Source of the DNA: a virus
Lineage: Duplodnaviria > Caudoviricetes
IMG/VR virus record: IMGVR_UViG_3300017991_000056
Location: 32,001 to 96,000 of that record
Direction: 5' to 3' (one strand)
DNA length: 64,000 nt
The notes below the pieces were generated by a model that had not been told where the DNA came from, made no database searches, and saw only the letters and a program-made list of their open reading frames with translations. Position numbers and translations under genes: made by a program. Of this stretch, positions 1-10,215 are shown piece by piece (within the stretch, counting starts at the first letter, position 1; each line of letters begins with the position of its first letter).

Positions 1-1
1 A

Positions 2-1006
2 AATCCCGCGTCCATCGTCGAGGCGCTCGGTAAGTGGCCCCTGCTGGAGTCGGAGAAGGCGTATCTCGGGACGTCCGGGGCCGCGCCGTCCGGAGGTGCT
101 GGCGACGTGTCTGGAAAGGCCGACGACCTGATGGGCAGGATCAAGGAGTTCGAGGGAGAGGACAAGGACCGGGTCGTCAAGCTGGTCGAGCGGCTCGAAG
201 CTGTGAAGGACAAAATGATGGGCAAGGCGGCGTCGATTCCGAGACATGCGGCCCGGATGCTCCTGGCGTCCGTGGCGACCAAGGGCGTCTTCAGGCGGCT
301 GGCGCAGCTCTCCGACGAGGAGAAGGCGGAGGTCGTCAAGAAGGTGATGGAGAAGATTCAGGGTGGCGGGCAGGAGGCAGAGGGAGATGCGCCGGCGGAT
401 GCCGGAGACGCCAAGGGGCTCGACGCCATGGAGAAGGAGGTCGAGGCCCTGGAGCAGGAGGCCGCTGCGGACGTGGCGCCTCCGGAGGGCGGCGACGAGG
501 CACCGGAGGCAGACGCGCCAGGGCCAGAGGAAGATGTCCCGGAGGCAGATGCTCCGGCCATGTCCGACGACGACGGGGAGGGTGGCCTCCTGAAGGTCGT
601 CGAGGACCTGGCTGCCGAGGTTGAGCAGATCAGGTCCGACGGCAGGGTCGATCCCTCCGAGGTGCTCGGCCTGTTCGACAACATGATGCAGATGGTGACG
701 TTCCTGGTTGACACGAAGGCGCCGGCCAAGAGGCGGCGCAGGCGCAAGTCGTCGCTCGGCGTCGTCGACTTCGAGATGATGGTGGGTCGGGTGGCCGCGT
801 CGTTCGCGGCGACCAGGGGCTTGCAGGTCCGCCGGAAGGACAAGGACACGATGGCGGACACGGGCGGCGTCTCCAAGGGCCGCGAGCGGGAGCCGGAGTT
901 GAAGCCCCCGCGCGAGGACGGCAAGAAGACGCACCGGACCAAGGACAAGCCTGCCGGCGAGCGGGACCGGGATACTGACAGCGATCCCGATATTCGGAAG
1001 GATTGA
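2..1006 (+). CDS. Hypothetical protein, 5'-truncated by the window; acidic linker, basic C-terminus, MVGRVAASF motif; likely virion/head-associated
   Basis: Frame is open from base 2 to TGA at 1004-1006; phage-like codon usage. Confidence 0.75.
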   Translation, partial: NPASIVEALGKWPLLESEKAYLGTSGAAPSGGAGDVSGKADDLMGRIKEFEGEDKDRVVKLVERLEAVKDKMMGKAASIPRHAARMLLASVATKGVFRRLAQLSDEEKAEVVKKVMEKIQGGGQEAEGDAPADAGDAKGLDAMEKEVEALEQEAAADVAPPEGGDEAPEADAPGPEEDVPEADAPAMSDDDGEGGLLKVVEDLAAEVEQIRSDGRVDPSEVLGLFDNMMQMVTFLVDTKAPAKRRRRRKSSLGVVDFEMMVGRVAASFAATRGLQVRRKDKDTMADTGGVSKGREREPELKPPREDGKKTHRTKDKPAGERDRDTDSDPDIRKD

Positions 1007-1008
1007 AG

Positions 1009-1281
1009 ATGGACAGGGAGAGGATCGCAGCCATGGCTATGAATGTCGCGAGAAGCGTGTCCGCGGTGGATGGCGAAGACGAGAAGGCGCTCGCGAACGT
1101 GGACGGGGCTGTCGACGCCATGATCGCGGGGATACAGACCATCGAGGAGAACCTTCCCGGCGTCCGGGCGGACACCGTCCCGGAGAAGGCGGCCAAGGAG
1201 GCCATCCAGGAGCTTTTGGACGAGGCCATAAAGCCGTACCTCGCCGACCTGGTGAAGGCGCTGGAGTCGTTCGGCGGTTGA
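1009..1281 (+). CDS. Small helical hypothetical protein (MDRERIAAMAMNVARSVSA)
   Basis: ORF with AAGGA upstream; N-terminus resembles the RVA-type motif. Confidence 0.75.
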   Translation: MDRERIAAMAMNVARSVSAVDGEDEKALANVDGAVDAMIAGIQTIEENLPGVRADTVPEKAAKEAIQELLDEAIKPYLADLVKALESFGG

Positions 1282-1282
1282 C

Positions 1283-1312
1283 GATTCCTTTTATATTTCG
1301 TCCCTTGGTAAA
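1283..1312 (+). promoter_or_regulatory. Putative phage-specific promoter, TTT(T/G)ATA-N12-GTA motif, copy 1
   Basis: AT-rich motif found in 7 intergenic sites upstream of + strand gene blocks. Confidence 0.55.
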
Positions 1313-1327
1313 GAAAAGGAGGACGTT

Positions 1328-1726
1328 ATGGCTATCAACGAACGCGTCCAGTGGGACATCAACGACATACCCTATGGCCAGCTCGCGCCCTCTCAGGCTG
1401 GCAGGACGGACTTCACGCCGGGCACGGCATCGGCTCGGCCTCTCGACATGAACTGGCCGAAGGACTTCCGCATTCCGACCGGCGTTCCGGCGCTCGATGC
1501 TCCGTCTCCATGCGAGGTGGAGCGCGTGCGCGTGCTCAAGCTGAAGAGGAACACCATCTGCGACCAGACGGTTCTTGAGCCCGTGGTGGTGAAGACCGTG
1601 GTCTCGACGGTGGAGTGTGACTGTGGGGGAACCTGTGGCACGCATATCTTCGTGGAGACCGAGACTCCCGAGAACCTGGCTGAGCGTGAGAGGCGGACGG
1701 GCTCTGACTGGGCCAAAGGAGCGTGA
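1328..1726 (+). CDS. Hypothetical protein with Cys cluster
   Basis: AGGAGG RBS, ATG; overlaps next gene by 4 nt. Confidence 0.75.
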   Translation: MAINERVQWDINDIPYGQLAPSQAGRTDFTPGTASARPLDMNWPKDFRIPTGVPALDAPSPCEVERVRVLKLKRNTICDQTVLEPVVVKTVVSTVECDCGGTCGTHIFVETETPENLAERERRTGSDWAKGA

Positions 1727-2613
1727 TCGTGCGCGTTTACCGTGTTGTCAGGGAATTCCATTACAGGTCGCTTGGGAAGTCGATCCCAACCGGGTCCGTC
1801 GTTTACACCGAGGACGATCTGGCTGGCTGGGTTGCCGTGAGCCCTCCTTCCGTCCCGGACCCGCTGACGACCTTCGTCGGTGGTATGGAGATCGCCGGTT
1901 TGCGGAATTTCGTGAGCGCGGGGCTTCTTGAGCTCCATGGTGCGATTGCAGAGGGCCATGAGCAGGAGGAAGAGGTGGAGGCACGGCAGGATAGGCCCGT
2001 CAACTTGGGGCTGTCTACGTGGGAGGAAGAGAGCAAGCCGGTATTGCGGGCAGCTCCGCAGCCCAACCGACCTGGATACTATCCGTGTGGTCGGCATATC
2101 GAGCTTCGGACGGCCACGCTTGAAGACTCGTTCACGGACACCAAGATTGACTTGAAGACCATGCGGCGTGTGGACTGGGGCGAGGTGAGGCTGGTGGGTG
2201 TCTATCGTGACGACAATGGTAGCCTCGTCAAGTGTGAGAAGGGTGCTGAGAATGCGGTGCTGTCGGTGTGGGATTTTCAGCCGAACGACCAGACTCCGGA
2301 TAGGACTCCTGTCAACTGGGACCTCAAGGAGTGTGTCGTGCTGGCTGGAGAGAAAAGCAAAGGGTGTTGTCGGGTAGACATGGTGCTGGGTCCTGAGGTC
2401 CATGAAGGCCGGGGAGGTGGTATCCGATTCGCCAGTGGGGCCATCGGTGACATCAACAGGAGTGTCGGGGTTGATTGTCCGGCAGCGCTGCAGCTTGATG
2501 CGGAGTCGCGTCACTCCTCTTCGGTGGTGCGCGTGTTTGTGTCTTACCCCCTTGGCCAAAAGGAAACGTATGTGCTTAGGCTGGCGACGTATCGACGTCT
2601 TGGCACATTCTAG
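1723..2613 (+). CDS. Putative virion/fibre adaptor; N-terminus similar to 2622..7883, C-terminus similar to 10216..11091
   Basis: Shared segments PPSVPDPLTTFVGG/PPPVPDPLANFVGG and NAVLSVWDF/NAVLSVFDF, TYVLRLATYR/THVLRTITYR. Confidence 0.7.
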   Translation: MIVRVYRVVREFHYRSLGKSIPTGSVVYTEDDLAGWVAVSPPSVPDPLTTFVGGMEIAGLRNFVSAGLLELHGAIAEGHEQEEEVEARQDRPVNLGLSTWEEESKPVLRAAPQPNRPGYYPCGRHIELRTATLEDSFTDTKIDLKTMRRVDWGEVRLVGVYRDDNGSLVKCEKGAENAVLSVWDFQPNDQTPDRTPVNWDLKECVVLAGEKSKGCCRVDMVLGPEVHEGRGGGIRFASGAIGDINRSVGVDCPAALQLDAESRHSSSVVRVFVSYPLGQKETYVLRLATYRRLGTF

Positions 2614-2621
2614 GAGGCGTC

Positions 2622-5600
2622 GTGCTCGTTTACGAAGTAGTCAAGGAGTTCTACCTTGAGCAGATACGACAGACGGTCACTGTCGGGTCTGTAATCTATT
2701 GTGTGGAGAGCGACGGCCGGGCCTATGTCGCCATTGATCCTCCTCCCGTCCCGGACCCTCTTGCCAACTTCGTCGGCGGCATTGAGCTGGGTTGCGAGGG
2801 GGACTGCTTCTGCGAGTGGGTGGCGCGTCCCGACGGCCAAGAGTTTACCGAATACAGGAACACCCTTCCAGACCCGCCTCCAGACGGAGAGGGAGCAACA
2901 GGTCCCCAAGGGCCGCAGGGGAGTGGCGGCGGCCCCACCGGACCTCCAGGCCCCCAGGGTCCTCCGGGTGGCGCCACCGGGCCTGTCGGGCCTCAGGGAT
3001 TGCAGGGAGCCCAAGGCAGCCAGGGCTGGGAGGGCGAGCTTGGCCAACAGGGCTACGTCGGGGACCAGGGGGTTGTCGGCCCCCAGGGCCCGGGGCCGGT
3101 TGGCCCGCAAGGCAATCAGGGATGGCAGGGCGCCGGCCTTCAGGGGCCGGTCGGAGGGCAGGGGTCGCAGGGGCTTGTCGGGTCCGACGGGAGCCAGGGG
3201 AGCGACGGACCCACAGGAGTCGGTCTTCAGGGGCCCATTGGCCATCAGGGCGCAGATGGGTTGCAAGGAAGCGTCGGAGCCCAAGGGCCAGATGGGTTTC
3301 AGGGCTGGCAGGGAGCCGCCGGAGCCGATGGCACTCAGGGTGCCCAGGGCAATCAGGGAACTCGGGGCACCCAGGGCAATCAGGGTGGTCAGGGCGTCCA
3401 GGGCTTCCAGGGCTGGCAGGGCGCCCAGGGTCCGCAGGGCGTTGAGGGTCTTTCGGGCTGGCAGGGACCTTCGGGCAACCAGGGCTTGCAGGGTGTTGGG
3501 GATCGCGGTTTTCAAGGTGATGCCGGAAGCGTTGGCGCGACCGGCGACCAGGGGTCCCAAGGCTATGCCGGGTCGCAGGGGAAGATCGGACTCCAGGGAG
3601 TCGACGGGGCAACGGGTGTCGGGTTCCAAGGTTATGCCGGGGCACAAGGCTTGGATGGTCCGGTTGGGCCGCAGGGGTTTCAGGGCGATGGCCATCAAGG
3701 CCCGCAGGGCTCTCGGGGGCAGACGGGCGCGGACTCGACGGTGCCTGGGCCTCAAGGTTCGATCGGGGTGGGGCTTCAGGGGCCGCAGGGGAGCGCGGGA
3801 GCGACAGGTGTCGGGACGATTGGCGCGCAGGGCTCTCGTGGGCCGCAGGGCTACGATGGGGAGCGCGGCTTCCAGGGCTTGAAGGGTGCCGTCGGCGAAG
3901 ATGGGGTGCAGGGACCGGTTGGGGCTCAGGGCTTCCAGGGCGCTCAGGGCTTTGGCGTTCAAGGTTCGCGTGGTCCTCAGGGCGACACCGGCTTTCAAGG
4001 CACGCAAGGTCAGGGAGCTCAAGGCCCGCAGGGTACTCAGGGTGCCGACTCGGCGACACCGGGTCCGCAGGGGCCTCAGGGTGATGGCTATCAGGGTCCG
4101 CAGGGCTCTCAGGGTTCTGGCGCTGATGGTTCCCAGGGGCCGCAGGGTCCTGAAGGGGTTCAGGGGTCAGAGGGTGACGGTGTCCAGGGCGCCCAGGGCG
4201 TGGTTGGCTCTCAGGGACACCAGGGAGTGGTCGGTTCCGGGACTCAGGGGTTTCAAGGTTCGGACGGAACGGGTCTTCAAGGGGTGGTTGGCCCTCAGGG
4301 AGGCCAGGGGCTCACGGGTATCGGCGTTCAGGGTCCGCAGGGGATCGTCGGACAGGATGGAGTTCAGGGAGGCCAGGGCGAGCAGGGGGCCACCGGAGCC
4401 GAGGGGGTAGGAGTACAAGGGCCTGTTGGTAGCCAAGGGCCTCTTGGCAGTCAGGGTTCGCAGGGAAGTGGGGCTCAGGGCGCTCAGGGTCCGGTTGGCT
4501 TGACAGGGGTCGGAGCACAGGGAGCCGTGGGTCCGCAGGGAACAGGCGGGAGCCAGGGAGTTCCTGGGGTTCAGGGCCCGTTGGGGCCTCGGGGCCTTCA
4601 GGGTGCCCAGGGTCTTGAAGGCGTTCAGGGTTCCGCGGGCGCGACGGGGGTCGGGGTTCAGGGGCCTGTTGGCGTTCAGGGCGTGACGGGAAATCAGGGC
4701 CCGGTTGGCGCCGTTGGCGGTTTCGGGCCGCAGGGCTTGCAGGGATGGCAGGGCAATCAGGGCGTGGCTGGACAGGATGGCTCTCAGGGCGTGGTTGGCT
4801 CTCAGGGTGATCGGGGCTCGACGGGCGTCGGTGTTCAGGGGCCGCAGGGATTGGACGGCCAGGACGGCGTTCAGGGGCCTCAGGGGGCCGCAGGAGACGC
4901 AGGGGCGACCGGGGCTGGGTTCCAGGGTCCGCAGGGCTTGGAGGGCCAGGGCGGGGCACAGGGGGCTCCTGGGACGCAGGGATGGCAGGGTTCCGGTCTT
5001 CAGGGTCCGGTTGGCTTCCAGGGAGTTGTCGGCCAGGACGGGGCTCAGGGCTCGGTTGGCTTCCAGGGCGTTGTCGGAGCCCAGGGCCATCAGGGGGCCA
5101 CCGGTGTCGGGGTGCAGGGCGATTCCGGTATTCAGGGGTCGGATGGCCAGGACGGGGCTCAGGGTGCCCAGGGCGTCGCCGGACAGGACGGATTGCAGGG
5201 GCCGGCTGGCGCTCGGGGCTATCAGGGCGATGTGGGATCGACCGGGGCCGACGGCGTTCAGGGCCCGGCTGGTCCGCAGGGCATCGCCGGCCAGGACGGG
5301 GCCATCGGCTTCCAGGGTGTTCGTGGTTTCCAGGGAGATGTCGGGTCCACGGGAGCCGCCGGGGTCGGCGTTCAGGGCACTCAGGGAATCGAAGGCCAGG
5401 ATGGCGTTCAAGGGGCTCAGGGACCGCAGGGCGAGATCGGCTTGCAGGGTGTTGCCGGGCAGGACGGGTCGCAGGGAGCTCAGGGGCTTGCCGGACAGGA
5501 TGGCGACCAGGGCTTGCAGGGTGTTGCCGGGCACGACGGGAGTGACGGTTCGCAGGGCTCGGCTGGGGTTCAGGGATTTCAGGGTCGAGATGGGCAGGAT

Positions 5601-7883
5601 GGGGTCCAAGGCCTTCGCGGCCTCCAGGGCGATCTGGGATGGCAGGGCGTTGCGGGAGATGACGGCGTTCAGGGCGTCCAGGGTTGGCAGGGGTCGGGGC
5701 TTCAGGGGCCTGGTGGCATAACCGGCCCGGCGGGCGACCAGGGGCCGCAGGGCAGCCAGGGCGTCGAGGGAGCCCAGGGATATCAGGGCTATGAAGGCGA
5801 GACTGGTCCTCAGGGCTACGAGGGTCCGCAGGGTCCGGGCCCGGCGGGACCTCAAGGCCTTCAGGGTCCGCAGGGGGTTGTCGGCCAGGAAGGGGCCCAG
5901 GGCGCTCAGGGGGCTCGGGGACCGCAGGGTCTTCGGGGCTTGCAGGGCTGGCAGGGGGTCGCCGGCCAGGACGGTTCCGATGGGGCGCAGGGGGTTGTTG
6001 GGCCGCAGGGTTTCCAGGGTTGTCAAGGCCCCCGGGGTGTTCGGGGGCTTCAAGGTGGCATCGGCCAGGATGGAGCTCAAGGCGTCCAGGGTTCCGTTGG
6101 CCTTCAGGGTCTCGTGGGCCAGGACGGGGCTCAGGGCTTCCAGGGAGTCGTCGGCCAGGACGGCGTCCAGGGAGCCAAGGGGGATGTCGGGAGCCAGGGG
6201 CCTGTTGGCCCACAGGGCCTTCGTGGCTTCCAGGGCAATCAGGGCGTTCGGGGATTCCAGGGAGCCGCAGGCCAGGATGGGGCCGATGGGGCTCAGGGCT
6301 CTCAGGGAGCTGATGGCCAGGACGGGGCTCAGGGATATCAGGGTTTAGTTGGAGTGGGTTTCCAGGGGAATCAGGGGTGGCAGGGCGTGGCCGGGGAGAC
6401 TGGTGTCGGCGTTCAGGGGGCAGCTGGGCCGCAGGGTGTTCGGGGGACGCAAGGGAATCAGGGCGAGATTGGGGCTCAAGGAGTTGTCGGCGACACTGGC
6501 GTTCAGGGGGCGCAGGGTTTTCGGGGCCATCAAGGTGCTGCGGGGCAGGATGGGACACAGGGTTCCCAAGGTTCGGTTGGCTACCAGGGTGTTCGTGGCT
6601 TTCAGGGTGTTGCTGGCCAGGATGGTTTCCAAGGAAGTCAGGGACATCAAGGGTCGCAGGGTAACGCCGGACAAGACGGAGCTCAAGGCCCTCAGGGTCA
6701 AGCGGGTACAGATGGGACTCAGGGCAACCAGGGCTGGCAGGGTTTTGGCGATCAGGGAGTTCCGGGCTATCAGGGATGGCAGGGTCCGGGTGAGATTGGG
6801 GTTCAAGGACCAGATGGGGCTGTTGGCAGTCAGGGCTCGCAAGGGCCTGTCGGCAATCAAGGATATCAGGGTTCGGTTGGTGTTCAGGGTGTTGTCGGGT
6901 TTCAGGGCGTCCAGGGCCTGGTTGGCGATCAGGGAGTTCAAGGGCCACAAGGAAATCAAGGCATGGTCGGACAGGTTGGCGCTCAGGGGGATCAGGGGCT
7001 TGCTGGTCAAGATGGGGCGCAGGGAAGTCAAGGGCCTATCGGGCACCAGGGCAATCAAGGTGTTGCCGGCCTTCAGGGGTTTGTCGGCTTCCAGGGTTCG
7101 GCGGGGAGCCAGGGGCTTGCCGGGGCTCAAGGTCCGCAGGGCTTTATGGGCTTTCAGGGCAGCCAGGGCAATCAGGGCTGCCAGGGTGTTGCCGGTCAGG
7201 TGGGTGCCCAGGGCAATGACGGTTCACAGGGCGAGCGTGGTTCTCAGGGGAATCAGGGATTCCAGGGGCTGACGGGCGCTGACTCGACGGTGGCTGGTCC
7301 TCAAGGGGTCGCCGGACAAGATGGGGCTCAGGGCTGGCAGGGCAATCAGGGCTGGCAAGGGCTGTCGGCGATTGGGGTTCAAGGCCCGGATGGGTCTGTC
7401 GGCAGTCAGGGTCCGCAGGGCAACCGGGGTTGGCAAGGCGTCCAGGGAGGGCAGGGGCTGCTTGGCGGGACGGGGTATCAGGGTTCGCAGGGGCTCACGG
7501 GGTCGGGCGGCATTCAGGGGCCTCAGGGTTTCGGTATCCAGTTCGATGTTATTGCCTTGACTGCCGGAAAGAGACTCGACACGACGGGTACGTATCTTCG
7601 CGGTCCAGGGAATGTCGCGACGAACGTGGCAGGTCTTGTTGTCGCGTGTGACGCCACCATAATTGGCATCGGGGTGGCCACGAGGGGCGCCGAGACGTGG
7701 ACAGCCGAGGTAGAGAAGAACAACCTCGGAGTCACGCTGGCGTCGCTTTCGATCAGCGCCGCGCAGAGAGGCAGCCGTTTCGATCTGAATGTCGACGTCG
7801 ACGCCGGTGATGAGCTCCAGATTTACTGCAATGGCACGAACATAGCCGACCCGGTGGTCACTGTGTATTTGAAGAGGAGGTAG
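2622..7883 (+). CDS. Giant collagen-like fibre protein (~1550 aa of Gly-X-Y, mostly G-X-Q) with globular N- and C-terminal domains
   Basis: Translated Gly-X-Y triplets; AGGAGG RBS. Confidence 0.9.
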   Translation: MLVYEVVKEFYLEQIRQTVTVGSVIYCVESDGRAYVAIDPPPVPDPLANFVGGIELGCEGDCFCEWVARPDGQEFTEYRNTLPDPPPDGEGATGPQGPQGSGGGPTGPPGPQGPPGGATGPVGPQGLQGAQGSQGWEGELGQQGYVGDQGVVGPQGPGPVGPQGNQGWQGAGLQGPVGGQGSQGLVGSDGSQGSDGPTGVGLQGPIGHQGADGLQGSVGAQGPDGFQGWQGAAGADGTQGAQGNQGTRGTQGNQGGQGVQGFQGWQGAQGPQGVEGLSGWQGPSGNQGLQGVGDRGFQGDAGSVGATGDQGSQGYAGSQGKIGLQGVDGATGVGFQGYAGAQGLDGPVGPQGFQGDGHQGPQGSRGQTGADSTVPGPQGSIGVGLQGPQGSAGATGVGTIGAQGSRGPQGYDGERGFQGLKGAVGEDGVQGPVGAQGFQGAQGFGVQGSRGPQGDTGFQGTQGQGAQGPQGTQGADSATPGPQGPQGDGYQGPQGSQGSGADGSQGPQGPEGVQGSEGDGVQGAQGVVGSQGHQGVVGSGTQGFQGSDGTGLQGVVGPQGGQGLTGIGVQGPQGIVGQDGVQGGQGEQGATGAEGVGVQGPVGSQGPLGSQGSQGSGAQGAQGPVGLTGVGAQGAVGPQGTGGSQGVPGVQGPLGPRGLQGAQGLEGVQGSAGATGVGVQGPVGVQGVTGNQGPVGAVGGFGPQGLQGWQGNQGVAGQDGSQGVVGSQGDRGSTGVGVQGPQGLDGQDGVQGPQGAAGDAGATGAGFQGPQGLEGQGGAQGAPGTQGWQGSGLQGPVGFQGVVGQDGAQGSVGFQGVVGAQGHQGATGVGVQGDSGIQGSDGQDGAQGAQGVAGQDGLQGPAGARGYQGDVGSTGADGVQGPAGPQGIAGQDGAIGFQGVRGFQGDVGSTGAAGVGVQGTQGIEGQDGVQGAQGPQGEIGLQGVAGQDGSQGAQGLAGQDGDQGLQGVAGHDGSDGSQGSAGVQGFQGRDGQDGVQGLRGLQGDLGWQGVAGDDGVQGVQGWQGSGLQGPGGITGPAGDQGPQGSQGVEGAQGYQGYEGETGPQGYEGPQGPGPAGPQGLQGPQGVVGQEGAQGAQGARGPQGLRGLQGWQGVAGQDGSDGAQGVVGPQGFQGCQGPRGVRGLQGGIGQDGAQGVQGSVGLQGLVGQDGAQGFQGVVGQDGVQGAKGDVGSQGPVGPQGLRGFQGNQGVRGFQGAAGQDGADGAQGSQGADGQDGAQGYQGLVGVGFQGNQGWQGVAGETGVGVQGAAGPQGVRGTQGNQGEIGAQGVVGDTGVQGAQGFRGHQGAAGQDGTQGSQGSVGYQGVRGFQGVAGQDGFQGSQGHQGSQGNAGQDGAQGPQGQAGTDGTQGNQGWQGFGDQGVPGYQGWQGPGEIGVQGPDGAVGSQGSQGPVGNQGYQGSVGVQGVVGFQGVQGLVGDQGVQGPQGNQGMVGQVGAQGDQGLAGQDGAQGSQGPIGHQGNQGVAGLQGFVGFQGSAGSQGLAGAQGPQGFMGFQGSQGNQGCQGVAGQVGAQGNDGSQGERGSQGNQGFQGLTGADSTVAGPQGVAGQDGAQGWQGNQGWQGLSAIGVQGPDGSVGSQGPQGNRGWQGVQGGQGLLGGTGYQGSQGLTGSGGIQGPQGFGIQFDVIALTAGKRLDTTGTYLRGPGNVATNVAGLVVACDATIIGIGVATRGAETWTAEVEKNNLGVTLASLSISAAQRGSRFDLNVDVDAGDELQIYCNGTNIADPVVTVYLKRR
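2890..7535 (+). repeat. Low-complexity 9-nt codon repeat (GGN NNN CAG) encoding the collagen helix
   Basis: CAGGG recurs throughout the interval. Confidence 0.9.
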
Positions 7884-7889
7884 GCGGCA

Positions 7890-9818
7890 ATGGCCTACGA
7901 ACTTCTGCTGTCGACGACGGGGACTCAGGACCCTGTCGTGATTGAGGACCTGGGTGGCCGTTCGTTCTCCCATCCCACAACGGACTTCGATCTGCTCGCC
8001 GAGTTCCTTCCGAACGAGGTGATGAACTCGGACGACCTTCAGAGCGCGCTTGACAGTGGCTACGTGACGCTCAAGTGCAACAATGTCAGCATTGACTCTC
8101 TGATGGAGGAGGTGGTTCCGTACTTCGCGGTCCTGGCCGACGATGTCTTTGCTGCGGCGCATGAGAGGACCGGCTTCCCGAATCGCGACGAGACGACGGT
8201 TGCCTTCTCGGACTCGTCGCCGGACAGGACGTATACCATCTCCCCGGTATCGTCGGAGTTCCGGTTCTACATCAACGGGAGGAAGCATGTCAAGACCTCC
8301 GCCCAGTCGATTCAGATGGCCGACACCGAGGGTGTCCATTACATCTACTTCGACAAGGACACCCAGGTTCTGACGGAGACCACGACGTTCGTCCTGGCGA
8401 TCATCACCGAGCATGTCCTCTGCGCCATTGTCTACTGGGACGCGTCCAACAGCCAGCATGTGATTTTCGGTGACGAGCGTCATGGCATGACGATGGATGG
8501 CCAGACGCACGCCCACCTTCACACGTCGTGGGGCACCCGGTACATAAGCGGACTCGCCCTGGAGGATATAACGCCGGACGAGGATGGGAGTACCGACTCG
8601 CACGCCCAGTTCGGAGTCGAGAGCGGCGTCATCCGGGATGAGGATTTGGTCCACAGCTTGCCAGCGGAGGCCAAGCCGGCCCAGCTGCCGGTGCTCTATA
8701 AAGATGGCGCGAGCGGCTATTGGCGGTTCGACGCCGCTGACAACTTTCCGGTCAAGAACTACTCTGGCGGCAGTGGCTTTCTCGCCTATAACGAGTACAC
8801 CGGCTCGACTTGGCAGCAGGCGGAGGTGCCGGAGGGGAGCTACGTCCTTGCGCACATTGTCGCGACCAACGATCCGAACAACCCGTTCGTGGCCATACAG
8901 GGGACGTTTTTCTATACCAATATCTCGATCGCTAGAAGGGAGGCTCTGAATGAGTTCGCGGAGTTGAACCGCACGGGCATCCCTCTGATTGAGTTCGTGC
9001 TGATCGGGATTGTGATATATCAGACGAGCACGTCATACGCGAACACCCCCAAGGCGAGGATTGTCCGGACGGACGAGGGCGAAGATTACATTGACACGCG
9101 CGAGGACAAGATCGGCGTCCGCTACCTCCCGCAGGAGATCGGCTCCGTCTCGAAGTTCGTCTGGGCGCAGGCGCCGACCTTCAACGGACAGGTTGACCTT
9201 GTGGGCTGGTTCGCCGAGACGGATACTGCCGCGGCGCTGGCCAGCGGCTCCCCGGTGACCGCCTCCGAGGAGGCCTACAATTCGAGATGGGCCGTAGAAG
9301 TGGCTTCCGCTTCGGGGGCTCCCTTTACGATCCGGGTGGCGGGGACCTCCGTTGATCGCATAACTGGTGCCACGACGGCAAGCGATACCGAGGACATTTC
9401 CGTTGCTGGCAATGGCAACTACTTCACTCAGAAGGCGTGGCTCGACGCCTCGCAGTTCTCTATTGTGGAGGGCGGCAAGTCCTGTGACGTGACGCTGACC
9501 AAGGTGTCCGCATGGAACAATGCGGGGAAGAGGTTTGTCGTCACGGGGTGCCATCTTGAATGGACTCCGTCGTCCACCACATGGGGCATGCAGATACTCC
9601 TCTATAAGATCAACGCGGACGGGACGAGGACGGCCATCGATACGACTGCCTTCGCGAGCACAGACTCGATAAAGAGAGCCAAAAAGGACATCCGCGGCAG
9701 GTACAGCGTGGAGAACTACAACGAGATAGTTGACGGTGATGGGTTTGAGGGCATCGTTGTGGCTGTTCTCCAACAGTCGCTGATCGACTTCTTCCTGGAG
9801 GTCTACTACTATGAGTGA
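7890..9818 (+). CDS. Putative tail/fibre structural protein (beta-rich, multi-domain)
   Basis: 642 aa, T/S/G/aromatic-rich, follows fibre gene. Confidence 0.65.
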   Translation: MAYELLLSTTGTQDPVVIEDLGGRSFSHPTTDFDLLAEFLPNEVMNSDDLQSALDSGYVTLKCNNVSIDSLMEEVVPYFAVLADDVFAAAHERTGFPNRDETTVAFSDSSPDRTYTISPVSSEFRFYINGRKHVKTSAQSIQMADTEGVHYIYFDKDTQVLTETTTFVLAIITEHVLCAIVYWDASNSQHVIFGDERHGMTMDGQTHAHLHTSWGTRYISGLALEDITPDEDGSTDSHAQFGVESGVIRDEDLVHSLPAEAKPAQLPVLYKDGASGYWRFDAADNFPVKNYSGGSGFLAYNEYTGSTWQQAEVPEGSYVLAHIVATNDPNNPFVAIQGTFFYTNISIARREALNEFAELNRTGIPLIEFVLIGIVIYQTSTSYANTPKARIVRTDEGEDYIDTREDKIGVRYLPQEIGSVSKFVWAQAPTFNGQVDLVGWFAETDTAAALASGSPVTASEEAYNSRWAVEVASASGAPFTIRVAGTSVDRITGATTASDTEDISVAGNGNYFTQKAWLDASQFSIVEGGKSCDVTLTKVSAWNNAGKRFVVTGCHLEWTPSSTTWGMQILLYKINADGTRTAIDTTAFASTDSIKRAKKDIRGRYSVENYNEIVDGDGFEGIVVAVLQQSLIDFFLEVYYYE

Positions 9819-10206
9819 TCGGCGGTTTAAGTTCGCGTTTGAAGATGAATATGCCGAGGTGCTTGGTGAGTCGCAGACTAGCGACACGAGTTGGAGCGAC
9901 AAGGTGGTGTTGGTCACTTCCTCGTTTCCGGCCGGCGACTATCTTGTTGGGTGGAGTGCTGAGCTGTACTCCTCGAAGACTAACAACGAGTGCGAGGCGC
10001 AGGTGGTCGTTGACGGGGTGGGAGACCCCATTTTTGAAGGTGCCCACGACCGTAAAAGCTGGCTGTCCTGTTCTGGTTTTGGCGAGGTGGCGCTGACGGG
10101 CAATGGCGTTCGCACAGTTCGTTTCCAATACCGTAAGTCGCCTGATGCTGTGTCGCAGGCAGCAGCTTACATTCGGCGCGCGTCACTGAAAATACGTCCT
10201 TTGTAG
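9811..10206 (+). CDS. Small beta-sandwich-like virion protein
   Basis: Coupled ORF; composition like fibre-tip domains. Confidence 0.6.
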   Translation: MSDRRFKFAFEDEYAEVLGESQTSDTSWSDKVVLVTSSFPAGDYLVGWSAELYSSKTNNECEAQVVVDGVGDPIFEGAHDRKSWLSCSGFGEVALTGNGVRTVRFQYRKSPDAVSQAAAYIRRASLKIRPL

Positions 10207-10215
10207 GAGTGGGCC

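Noticed and set aside
1283-1300. TTTTATA as an archaeal TATA box (archaeal virus)
   Set aside because: tmRNA, boxA, sigma70-like -10 boxes and spanin-like lipoprotein point to a bacterial host
2610-8855. Long minus-strand and alternative-frame ORFs over the collagen gene
   Set aside because: Shadow ORFs produced by the GC-rich 9-nt repeat; no RBS or protein-like content
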